Shown: in pieces, positions 24,933 to 37,500 of the stretch
How the letters are laid out: each line of letters begins with the position of its first letter
Numbering within the stretch: the stretch's first letter is position 1
Assembly: GCF_000143415.4 (NCBI RefSeq)
Contig: NW_003314280.1
Location: 372,001-436,000 of the forward strand
Length of the DNA stretch: 64,000 nt
Source: Selaginella moellendorffii
Taxonomy: Eukaryota > Plantae > Lycopodiophyta
Direction: 5' to 3'
Program-made: the position numbers and the translations under genes
Notes under the pieces: model-generated
Seen by the model: the letters and a program-made list of their open reading frames with translations, nothing else
Databases searched by the model: none
Told to the model about the DNA's origin: nothing

Positions 24933-27900
24933 TGTAGCGCACGTGGTTTTGACCCTTTATCCTATGGTGATTTACCATAGGATAACACCACAAAGCGGCT
25001 CTTTATGCCACGTGACAAATGCCATGTGTCACATGCCACGTGTCTAAAGGAATGTGGTGCGGAACCCGAAGTTCAGGGCCTTGGGCCACTGAACAAAGGA
25101 ATGGTGCCAAACTCCCAAGCGTGGAGCCAAAGAGTGATAGAACCGGACCATAGAGCAACTCCCGAGCATACAGCCCAAGGAGCGAAGGGACATGAGCCCA
25201 GAGCGACTTGGAATAGTCCTGGAGCAACCAACATCCCAATGCCAGGACCAGCACACAAAACGCAGCCAAATAGAGTCTGGCGCTATTTCAACATACCGGT
25301 GGCTTAACGTGAGGATATGGGTACTCCACCAGCTAGCATGGAATGGAACTTGGGCTTAGACCCAAGTCGGACGCAGAACAAGGATAGGCACACAAGCAGG
25401 AGCTAAACTATGCCTCAGGTTAGTCGGCCATACCCGACCTACCCACTATCCCTACTATATATTTGGAACCCCCCACATCCCCGCCCCCCCTTGAGGAACA
25501 CACGCTTTGGGCTTTCACCCCAAGCTTCCCTTAGTATCAGGAGTTAGTCTCTGGGATAAGCTCAAAACTTACTAAATATGGAATGGTGCTAGAATGTGAA
25601 TTTGGACATGGGATGAACACCATTGTGTTCAGAATAATCTCTACATTCCGTAGATATGCCAAATGAGCAAATCTAGACACTTTCCATATTTAGCATTTGG
25701 GACTGAATTGAGACTAACGCTAAGGGCATGATAGCGAGGGTGTTTAGCAGACACAGTAAGCTATCATTTAGCAAATATTGAGGGACCAAGCTCAATATTG
25801 CAGGGGTTCCCAACACTAGCAAGTGCAAGTCAACATCATAAGTTTCTCATCACAGTGTCAAATCTGCTTGACAAATGACAACTTAGGATTTCCTTCCTTA
25901 ATGCCCTTCCAATCTAAGTGCATATGTGATGACCAGTTTCTCAACTAGCTCAGGCAGAGACTGATAACGAGTCCAGCAATACCGACCTCCTGCCGTCGTG
26001 GCAGTAAGGAAAAAATATCCGAAAGGACTAGCTGATAGGTAACTTTTGATACCCGAAGTCACATTCGTGACACTCTCCCCCCCTTGGGAAGATCGATGAC
26101 CTCATCAATGTATACTCGAGTCTAGAATACCGCCAAGGAAACAACTCCAGAAAAAGTTCACGGTATTCACACTATGTGTGCGCTAACTTAAATGAGTTAG
26201 GGGTAACCTCTTTGTCTAACGCGGATGCGCTACCAACTCAGACACCTTCCGACCATCGCCGACAAGGAAATGACCAACAGAGTCAGCCACCCTTGCTGCT
26301 CTAGGTGTCACCTAGCTACAAAAGTGTGATATGCCCCTGCCCGCAAGTGGCATAGAGAGAGAAGCCAGAGGCCCCAACCCTCTTGAGCAAAGAAACCAAA
26401 CCCGTTGGTAAGGTTTAGATAAACTATTATAAACAGGCAGTTAGAGTTGTTTACACGGTCACGCCCTTTTAACGGAATAAGGAACATTGACAGAGAGGCA
26501 GGTTATATGACCAATCGATAGTAGTTACCCCATGACTAAAGATTTCACCATGCACACGAAGTGCCGAAGCTAGTCTGCCTATATTGGCCTAAACTTCAAA
26601 GATCAATATATGGACTATATCAAAGTCATAGACAATGATATCTTAGAGATTGAATTATCAGTGAATATATCTTAGATTAAAACACAAAAGTATTCCAAGT
26701 AAGTTATCATCCGATAAACTAGTATTATAGGATAAGAACCACCAAGATCACTATCATTGGAAAATATAGGATTCACCATCCAACAAAATTCAATAGCCAG
26801 CATATCATCAAGAAAACTCAATGATAAAACTTAACTACTGAAGATGGCATACAGTATGCCAAACAACTTACGAAAGATAACTCAAAGAACACAAAGTATC
26901 ATTGACTGATAAGCACAATGCTTGCAAATGTATCACCCAAAGGAAATAACATCTAAATCTATCAAAATTACCTCGAGCAACAATCAACAGAATAGAATGA
27001 ATGTGGTAAAACTAACAAACACTCATTCATGCCAATTATCACACTAGCTAATCCAAATAGATCCTAGCCAACAACACCAAGGAACTCAAGTTGCGTAAGC
27101 AAGTGTTAGCCACATCCTACCGATGTCTCAAACCCAAGAGACCAAACCAGAGCAAACCATAAAGAACATGTGGTATTGTGAAAAACTATAAGCTATCAAA
27201 GAGAACAATTAACCATCATGAAACATCATCAATCATCCCATCAAAAATATATATGCAAAATCATCGTCTAAGAAGGAATCCACCATCCCGAAGAATAGCA
27301 TATCATTATAGATCAACAATAATCAAGCAAAACCTTTGACAAGGATAATCAACTATCTTAGATGATAGTCAATCATCATCAACAATTGCTAGACGCAAAA
27401 GCCAACTTCAATATCAAAGCTAAAAGCTAAAATGCCTTCCCTAACAACTTCTAACAAATAGAACATTGAGCATGAAAACTCAAAGAACCAAAAGTTCAAA
27501 GAAGCTTATAGCTAAATCGTGCTTAACAATGATCACAAGTCTTGCATAAACTAACTTCAATGCTAAAGAAGAAATCATGGTGCAACCCACAATATCCTCC
27601 AAAACACATCCATAAGCCAAACTTCATAATGCTAAAGCTAATAAAGAGCATGTCTGCATCAATCCAAAAGCTAAGTATAACGAAGCTATGCTCAATAAGT
27701 GATCACTAAACGATCCTCCATGAATCCATTTACAGTAAGACATAACGCACATCGTAACACACAAGAGGAATCATCAATGATCAATATATTCCAACTCAAA
27801 TCCAATAAGGATTCAAACACTTCAATACCGATCACTAACTCTTCCGCTTGTAAAGCTAGTATAGTCCACGACTATATCACTTTTCAAGGAAAAGCTAAAG

Positions 27901-30900
27901 TTCAACCCTTATTAAACAATTTCGTCCAGAACACAACTAACTTAAACTTGCTACTCAATTCGTTTGAATGTCAACACAATTGCTACTTAGCAAATGCATG
28001 AATGCTAACAATACAAAGCTAGCCAAACCATCAACACTATCTTCATCAAGACTAATAAAACTCAATATCAATCCTACAAAGAGATATCTCATTTCACTCG
28101 AATCTCAATATCAATAATGTCAAAGATAAAGCATCACTTCAATGCTATCAACACCAAAACAAAGCTAGAAGAAAGCACAAGTGAATCACCACCCAAAACT
28201 CTTTTGCAACCAAGTTAACCAAAGTCGAAGATACTTAACTTAGTATCTTAGACCAATCCTTCAACAAGACTCAGCTACAAATAACACTTCATCCAGGAGT
28301 GAATCACCACATCCAAGACTCAATGAAATCCAACACAATAGACTAAATATAACCAAATGATATTGATAAAAGAATCAATATGCCAACATGGAAAAACCAT
28401 GCAAGCCTAATGTACGATCCTCCGCAACACCATCCGGTAAAGCAAACCCATCATTGCTAAATCATCAGCGAGCGAAGCAAGTGTCAACAGTCTTTGACAA
28501 AGTCTACAAGCAATCACCAGTCGCAAAGCAATTAACAATCACCCCTCAACTTGCTTTCACAAGACCCAAACACTAAACTCATGTCATCGAGTTATATATT
28601 TGTCCAATATGAATGTAATACCCCAGGTATGAGATAAAGGTTCATGAATAAGCATGAACTAAATGACCACTCGAATCTAACTCAACCACAATAAACTCAC
28701 CAACTTGTTTAGCTAATAGCTCTGAGCATGCCTTGAAGAGGCTAGCTATGCATGATCAACACTTAGTCGAAACTAAAGTGAAGATAATAAAATGAACTCA
28801 TATCGGTACAAAACCTCCTCATAGGCAAAGCTATAAAATGGGTACCAACATCTTAACCTCAAACAACTAAGGTGGACATCACCATCCTTAGCCAAAGTGT
28901 AGGGCCACCAAGACTAAGTCAAGATTAGTGAGAGCTCACTACTCTCATAGAGTCTAAACGAAATGCAAGGTGCAACCTGCCACCAAGCATAACGCTATAA
29001 AAGAAAGGCACAAGGGTCACCCTTCTTAGAAAAGTGCATCGGCCACTTTTCTACACCAACTCCAGACTGTATCCAACTCAATTGCCTTAGCCCCAAAAGT
29101 TAGCATCCCTTTCGGGCTGCATCATACAAACTACTTATTAAAGTTTAAGTTAACTAAAATCAACTCCAACCCTTTCACTAGTTTGTACTGGCTTATGAAA
29201 ACGGAATGGTTTTCGAGCAAAGTGACCAACAAATCAACCATTGGAAAAGCCTAAGAAATTTGTGGAAAATTTTCCATCCTAAAGAAAGAATGACTCTTAG
29301 TCTAGGAATGCAAAAACTTTCAAGACTCCACCAACTTCCTCTTACTAACAACTTCACATAAGTTCACCTCAACACCAATTCTTATGACCTATAGTATGTT
29401 TAAGCTTCGAACATCTTTTTGCCCATACTTTCAACATCCAACACCGACATCCGCAAAAATGCAAAATGAATATCCAAGGCTTGATCACGAAGACCATATC
29501 TTTAGATATCCACATTGCACTAACACTCTTCTTCAATCACCTTCAAGATCCAATGTGAAGCCAAAACACTAACAAAAAAAATGGTATGGAAAATCAAGGT
29601 CCAAGGAAAATTCCTCATCACTCGAAATAACAATGCCACTTCCACTAACACACATGTTAGTGATGTCAATGCCCTAACTACACATTTTCTCCATCCAACA
29701 ATTTACTCCAAGTGCTAACGGATCATTTGACGAACTATAGCAAATGAATGTTACAACCTTTTTTTTTTTTCCAACACCTTATGGGCAAACTCAAGGAAAC
29801 AAGGTACCAACTTAAGCTTAGCATAATGAACCATCACCATTAAAAACCCAGTCAAAGCTACTACAATGCTACTTTGTGCAAGTAGACTAGCTTCTCCATC
29901 AACCACTTTGTGATCATCGTTTAACTAAGCAACTTCATAAACACATTGCTCACTATCACATGGATATGATATAAAAATTACAATGACTTGATCATCAATT
30001 GAGCAACACCACGAGCAACACCTATGTCATTACTTTAAAGGTTTACATGAGTATCAAGTGTCAACTCAACTCAACAAAATGCAACATAAATGCCACACTC
30101 CACCAATAGAGACTTACAACACCTAATATCACTAACTTTTGTTTACAACATAGACAAGCTCATACCATTCTCTTTCCGACAAAACTCAAAACTAATCCAA
30201 CACCAAGTTACTCAAGGAGCAATAGCAAAGTTCTCTGAAAAAGAATTGAGCATTGCAACCCAAGTCTTCTAATAGTGAGCCTAGACAAAATGGTATAGCG
30301 CTTCACCGCTATCCATCCCACAACTCACCATTTGTAAGACCATCATTTCCAATATGCATCAAGGTAGGGATTCTTGATTGCATACTATGAACACGAGCAA
30401 TGAGTCACACCTTGTTGCAAATCATCTTTCTAAAAAGGGAAAATGATTTACATGTTTGATCCTTCGTCCTTGATGACTCTCTTTTTGGTTTTATCTTTGA
30501 CTAAACCTCAAGCTTACTTTCACACTGTCTTTAGTCTAATCCAAGAAAAGTTTATAAGAGAGCACGGCAATGATTACTTGAACCAATAGATTAATCCCTA
30601 TAGTCTTGTTTGATCCACTCATAATCATGCCTAGGAAGGATCCACTAGTGCCGTGCTAAACAGCTACAGACTAGCATATTTGCCATTCATACCAAACCCA
30701 GGGAAGGTTTACTTTCACCCATGGTACATGGAACAACTCATGGAACCACTGATAGGCTAACATTAATTCTGCCAATTCAAAGTGCAACCTTGAGTTGCTA
30801 ATGTGCCTCACTTATAAGCCCAAGCACAAACTCGTGTAAACGAAACATCTCACATCCATCTTATGAGCCCAAGCGAAAGCTCACATACTCTGGTACAAAA

Positions 30901-30983
30901 TGGTAACTAAGTCCATACCCAAGGAACAATTGCGAAGCCTTTGCACCCAAACATGTACCCACTGGATCATCGTTTCATCTCTG
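24933..30983 (-). mobile_element. Diverged copy of LARD-like element D (D1a): LTR 24933-26072, PPT and internal region up to the N gap
   Basis: Reverse-complement similarity to 44170-50192. PPT appears as CTCTCCCCCCC at 26073-26083. Confidence 0.88.
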
Positions 30984-31105
30984 NNNNNNNNNNNNNNNNN
31001 NNNNNNNNNNNNNNNNNNNNNNNNNNNNNNNNNNNNNNNNNNNNNNNNNNNNNNNNNNNNNNNNNNNNNNNNNNNNNNNNNNNNNNNNNNNNNNNNNNNN
31101 NNNNN
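30984..31105. other. Assembly gap (N run); a second gap lies at 33116-33261
   Basis: N characters. Confidence 1.
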
Positions 31106-31380
31106 ACCAATCCTTCTATTGTATAGATTAGTGATTCCAATGGTGACGCAACTAGTCATCCACGTATACCGCAGTCCCAAGGTAGATACCTTCGTCCGCG
31201 TCCGTGTATACTCCACACAAGAGGAAATACATATGCATGGATGCCCAATACATATGATTTCAAATTTAGAGGTAGGAATATACCTTGCTCAAGGGTATAT
31301 TATATTTTTAAGTAGCCACTAATCAATGGGAATCAAACCCGTGCCATTTGCTCCGATACCAACTATAGCACACGTGGTTT

Positions 31381-33845
31381 ACTCCTACAATCTACTCCAA
31401 GTGTTAACAGATCAACCAACAAGCCATAGCAAATGAATGCTATAACCCTTTTCCAACACCTAATGGGCAAACTCAAGGAAACAAAGGTACCAACTTAAGC
31501 TTAGCATAATGGACCACCATTGAGAATCCAGTCAAAGCTACTACAATGCTACTTCGTGCAAGTAGACTAGCTTCTCCATCAACCACTTTGGGGTTGATCA
31601 TTATTTAACCAAGCAACTTCGTAAACACATTGCTCATTATCACAAGGATATGATATAAATCACAATGACTTGATCATCAATCAAGCAACACTATGACCAA
31701 TGCCTATGTCATTACTTCAAAGGTTTATGTGAATATCAGGTGTCAACTCGATTCGACAAAATGCAACATAAATGCCACACCCCACCGATAGAGATTTACA
31801 ACACCCGACACCACTAACTTTTATTCACATCACAGACAAGCTCATACCACTCTCTTTCTGACCAATCTCAAAACTAATCCAACACCAAACTACACAAGGA
31901 GCAATAGCAAGGTTCCCCAGAAAAGAATTGAGCATTGCAACCCAAGTCTTCCAATAGCAAGCTTAGATAAAATGGTATAGCACTTCACTTCTATCCATCC
32001 CACAACTCACCATTGTAAGACCACCATCTCCAACATGCATCAAGATAGGGACTCTTGATTGCATGATATGAACACAAGCAATGAGTTAACACCTCGTTGC
32101 AAATCATCTCTCCAAGAAGAGAAAATGATTTACGTATTTGATCCTCCTGTCCCCGATGACTCTCTTTTCAGTCTCATCTTTGACCAAACCTCAAGCTTGC
32201 TTTCGCACTGCCTTCAGTTCAATTCAAGAAAAGTTTATGAGAGAGCACGGCCATGACTACTTGAACCAATAGACTAATCCCTATAGTCTTGATTGATCCA
32301 CTTATAATCATGCCTAGGGAGGATCCACTAGTGCCGTGCTAAACTGCTACGGACCAGCCTATTTGCCACTCATAACAAACTCAGGGAAAGTTTATTTGCA
32401 CCCATGGTACATGGAACAACTCATGGAACCACTAATAGGCTAACATTAATCCTGCCAACTCAAAGTGTAACCTCGAGTTGCTAATGCACCTCACTCACGA
32501 GCCCAAGCGCAAACTCGTGTAACGGAACAACTCAGTCCACCCTATGAGCCCAAGAGCAAGCTCACATAATATGGAACAAAAAGGTAACCAAAACCTATCC
32601 CAAGGAACCAATGCGAAGTCTTTGCACCAAAACGTGTACCCACTCGGATCATCGTTTTCATCTCTGCGTATGCAACGAGACTAGTTGCCCAATCTCACTG
32701 AATAGTACTTGCTGAGACTCATTCTCTGATACTAAATGTAGCCCACGTGGTTTTGACCCTTTATCCTATGGTGATTTACCATAGGATAACACCACGAAGC
32801 AGAACCTAAACCCTCTTTGTGCCACGTGACAGATGCCACGTGTCCATAGGAACCTGAGGTTTAGGGCCTTGGGCCACTGAACAAACAAACGGTGCCAAAC
32901 TCCCAAGCACCGAACCACGGAGCAACTCCCGAGCATACAGCCCAAGGAGCGAAGGGACAGGGGCCCATGTAGCGACTTAGAACAGTCCTGGAGCAACCAG
33001 CATCCCAATGCCAGGACCAGCACGCAAAACGGAGCCAAATGGAGTCTGGCGCTATTTCAGCATACCGGTGGCCTAACGTGAGGATATGGGTACTCCACCA
33101 GCTAGCATGGAATGGNNNNNNNNNNNNNNNNNNNNNNNNNNNNNNNNNNNNNNNNNNNNNNNNNNNNNNNNNNNNNNNNNNNNNNNNNNNNNNNNNNNNN
33201 NNNNNNNNNNNNNNNNNNNNNNNNNNNNNNNNNNNNNNNNNNNNNNNNNNNNNNNNNNNNNCCCCCCCCTTGAGGAACACACGCTTTGGGCTTTCACCCA
33301 AGCCTCCCTTAGTATCAGGAGTTAGTCTCTGGGACAAACTCAAAACTTACTAAATATGGAATGTCCCTAGATTGCGAATTTGGACACGGGACGAACACCA
33401 TTGTGTTCAGGACGATCTCTACATTCCGTAGATATGCCAAATGAGCAAATCTGGACACTTTCCATAAATAGCATCTGGGACGAATTAAGACTAACACAAA
33501 GGGCATGATAGCGAGGGTGTTTGGCAGACACGGTAAGCTATCATCTAGCGATGTTGAGGGACCAATCTCAATATCGCGGGGGTTCTTGATACTAGCAAGT
33601 GCAAGTCAATGACTCAAGTTTCTCAAACCAGGTCGAGTATGCTCAGCAAGAAACACATAGGGTTCCTACCTTATGTTTATCCAATCTAAGTGCATGGTCA
33701 TTGACCAGTTTCTCAACTAGCTCAAGTGGGAAACTGATAACGGGTCCAGCAATACTGACCTCCTGCCATCGTGGCAGTAAGGTAAGAGTGTTCGTAACGA
33801 CTGGTCGATAGGTAACTTTCGATACCCGAAGTCACATTCGCAACA
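31381..33845 (-). mobile_element. Truncated younger copy of element D (D1b): 5' LTR 32737-33845, PBS and ~1.35 kb of internal region
   Basis: Closely matches the reverse complement of 42951-45450. PBS remnant at 32724-32734. N gap at 33116-33261 inside the LTR. Confidence 0.88.
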
Positions 33846-34599
33846 ATTAGGCCCTTTTCTCTTTTGTTTTCTTACTAACAGTATATTTCCAGCAAAGAGG
33901 AGTTTTCACACCTCTTCATTTGGCGACCATGGCTTCTGAATTCCCCTTTAGGTTCACAAATTCTTCCATTTTTTCTCCATTCTCTGTGCGCAGATAGCAA
34001 GAATGATCTAGAAATCTACCCATCTTGCCCAAATTATGCCCTAATTTGTACATTTGCCCAAATTCAACAAGAAAATGCCACTGCCAACATGGATCAATGG
34101 CGTCCAAGCGGTTGCTGCTCAACACAGTAAAGACAGACACTTTCCAGAGGAGATCTTTGAAGAATCTGAACAAGATCTCCAAGTCCAATCACCGACAGAG
34201 AACACCAACGACCCTCTTTGACAAGAAACTCCAATCTACCAGTACCTTCATCAGTGAACACCCTTAGCAGCTTCATTGGCGAACTCCATCTCCGAGCACA
34301 AGACCACCCACTCCAAGCTCGAGACCTCAACTAGCGCGCTTGACACAAACCGACACCACTGCCGAAATGAACCCATCTTCCATGCAGTCGTCGACCCGGC
34401 AATCCTAGTGCTCTAACACGATTCCAGTTCTTGTGCCCAGTCCCAATATCGAAGCACATCCTCAAAACCTACACCAACGACGAACCCATCACTTTGTTAC
34501 CCAGTATCGGACAACTTGTCAAGGGACAACTTCACAACACACCACCGATTTTTCGACAACCCCTCCGACAAAGTCAGCAGCTCAGCACCGAAACAACAG

Positions 34600-37500
34600 T
34601 CCGAACTCAATTCGAAATCAACACATTTGTTGCAACAACTCTCGCCAATCACGCCATTGCCCAATCCGGACTCGAACAACTCGACGACATTATCGAAGAA
34701 ATCATTCCAAACAAACCCAAATATCTAAAACTCTTCATCAAACTCCATCTCAGCACCAGCAAGTGGAAGACCACTTTGCATACTGCACCAGCACACTCGA
34801 CCCAACACAACTCGGCTGAACACAACCCAACCCAACACGCACCACCGTCGATATTTGCACTGAAAAGAAAGAACAAGCTCACAATGACTTTATTGACAAT
34901 TGGCCTGCCGACAGCCAGGCCTCACTGTCGGCAGGCCTCACTCAAAGCCAACGACTTCACAAGATCCAAAAACTCAAGCAGAAGTCTGGTCAATCCATCG
35001 ACACTACACTCAAACCATCACTCGACATGCCAGCAAATGCAGCACCAATGCCACTGAAACATTACTTTACCAATGGTACATGCAAGGCCTCCGACGATCC
35101 CTCCAAGAAGCGGCAACACATATCAACGTTGCCACTTACCTCGAACTCGCAAGATCCCTTCAAGATGTTCAAGCTCAACGAATGACAGCACAAGTAGATG
35201 ACACAGATAACTCAGATTCTGATAGCAGTTCTGATGACAACTCCAACGATGAACTCGAAGAGAGCACCAAGTCAAAACTTGAGAAACTCAGGAAAACAAT
35301 CGACAAGCTCAAGGGAAAAGCCAAGGCCGACATCAAAGAATTTCACTCTGGAATTTGGTGTACTAAGTGCAAGAATGGACATCTGGCAAGTGACTGCAAA
35401 CTCCAAATCTCCAAATGCCAGATCTGTACCAAAGAAGGTCATGATGCCAAAGCTTGCAGATTTTGAAATTCTCTAGAAGTTTGACAAGTCTCGAACTATC
35501 CCCGACAGCAATTTCGAAAACCATATCCAAATCAATACTTCAACAATTACCAGCCACCACCTCCGACAAACTGGAGACTGCTGAGAAACAACTTCCAACA
35601 CCAGAGTCGACAATAGAATGATCAACCTCGCTACAACAATTACAACAATTACAACAACAACTACAACAACAACTACAACGATCAACAACACCCGCCGAAT
35701 TGGAACTACCCAGCAAACCGAGACAACTACAACCAAGGATACCAACAATACCCAAGATACCAAAACCGAAGATACCAAGGCCAAGGTTATCAAGACCAGG
35801 GCTACCAAGGCAACTACAACAATCGACCATGGCAACCTCGACTTCAAAACCAAGGCGGTCCACCAAGACTTGGTTTGCCGCCTCCTTGACAACAAGATCA
35901 GAACCAGCAGCAACCACCAACAACAAGGATGGTCGAGACCGACGAACTACCTTATGCCAACAATGACGACTCAGATCCTCAAGTCATGGTAGTACAAACC
36001 CGAGCACAAATTTGAGTAGAAAAACAACAACAACCGGACAGAGATTCCAGAGATAGTGAAGAGAAAGGCCCTGAGAGCCTGACAAAACTCCGGGAATGGA
36101 AAAAGAAGCAGAAGTTAGCCGCCAAGATACAACGGCAACTCGCTTTACAACCACCCGAATTAGTGATTTTAGACTCCAACAATGAAGCTCAACCATCACC
36201 AGCTCGACAACAATGTCAAGACTCAATACCAGAAAACCGACAAACAAATAGTCCAACATCGACACCGACACCAAAACACAATTCGGCAAACTTCGACAAA
36301 ATCCAAGAAGTAGCAGAGACTATCCTCAACCAAAATATTCAGGTCACCATCAGCCAACTGCTGAAGATTGCACCCTACCTCACCAAACAGCTCACCGATC
36401 TGATATCTGCACCGACCAACACTTTGACAGACTTGTCCACACTCAACTCGACACAGACAGCTGTTGACACATTTCGAACTGAGATTCAACCAGGCGATTG
36501 TGACAATAATGTTCCAACAATGGACCTACGACTCGACAAACACCTTGTTCAAGGAGCCATAATTGATGGTGGCTCCAGCGTTAATATTATTGAAGAAAGT
36601 CTTGTTCAACAACTCAACATCGGCCCAATCCACCCAGCACCTTTCAATGTCCAAATGGCCGACCACCAATCTGTTCAACCCAAAGGCATCATCCGAAAAG
36701 TCAACACCACCATTCAAGGCATCAAAATATCAGTCAACTATGTTGTCCTCAAACTACCGGAGCAGACCGACGGATACTCGATTCTCCTTGGTCGACCTTG
36801 GCTCCGAACTGCCCAAGTTTATCAAGATTGGCCCAATGACTGTAGCGCACCTTATCTCTCTCCCCTTAAGCCAACTGGAAAAGGGGCAATTGCTTGATGA
36901 GAGAGCCCTTAGTGGCTATTTTATCCCCATTTATCTCCCAAGGTTCCAAGGATCCACAGTGACAATATATCCAAATCTCATCCCATGATCACATGCGTTA
37001 CACTCACCCCCCCTTTAGAGATGTCAATGTCCTCATTGACTATTGACTAACAACCCCTACTGAGCCAAGGGGAACCAGCACCTCCATTTCCGCACTCAAT
37101 CTACCAATCCTTCCATTGTGTAGACTAGCTATTCCATGTAAGGCAACTAGTCATCCACCCGTACCGCAGTCCCACGGTGGATACCTTCGTCCGTGGATAC
37201 TCCACACAAGAGGAAGGACGTACACATGGATGCCCAATACGTACGATTTCAAATTTAGGGGTAGGAATATACCTTGCTCAAGGGTATATTATACTTTTAA
37301 GTAGCCACTAATCAATGGGAATCGAACCCGTGCCATTTGCTCTGATACCAACTGTAGCGCACCTTATCTCTCTCCCCTTAAGCCAACTGGAAAAGGGGCA
37401 ATTGCTTGATGAGAGAGCCCTTAGTGGCTATTTTATCCCCATTTATCTCCCAAGGTTCCAAGGATCCACGGTGACAGTATATCCAAATCTCATCCCATGA

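Noticed and set aside
30881-33353. ORFs containing X runs
   Set aside because: They span N gaps and are not real.
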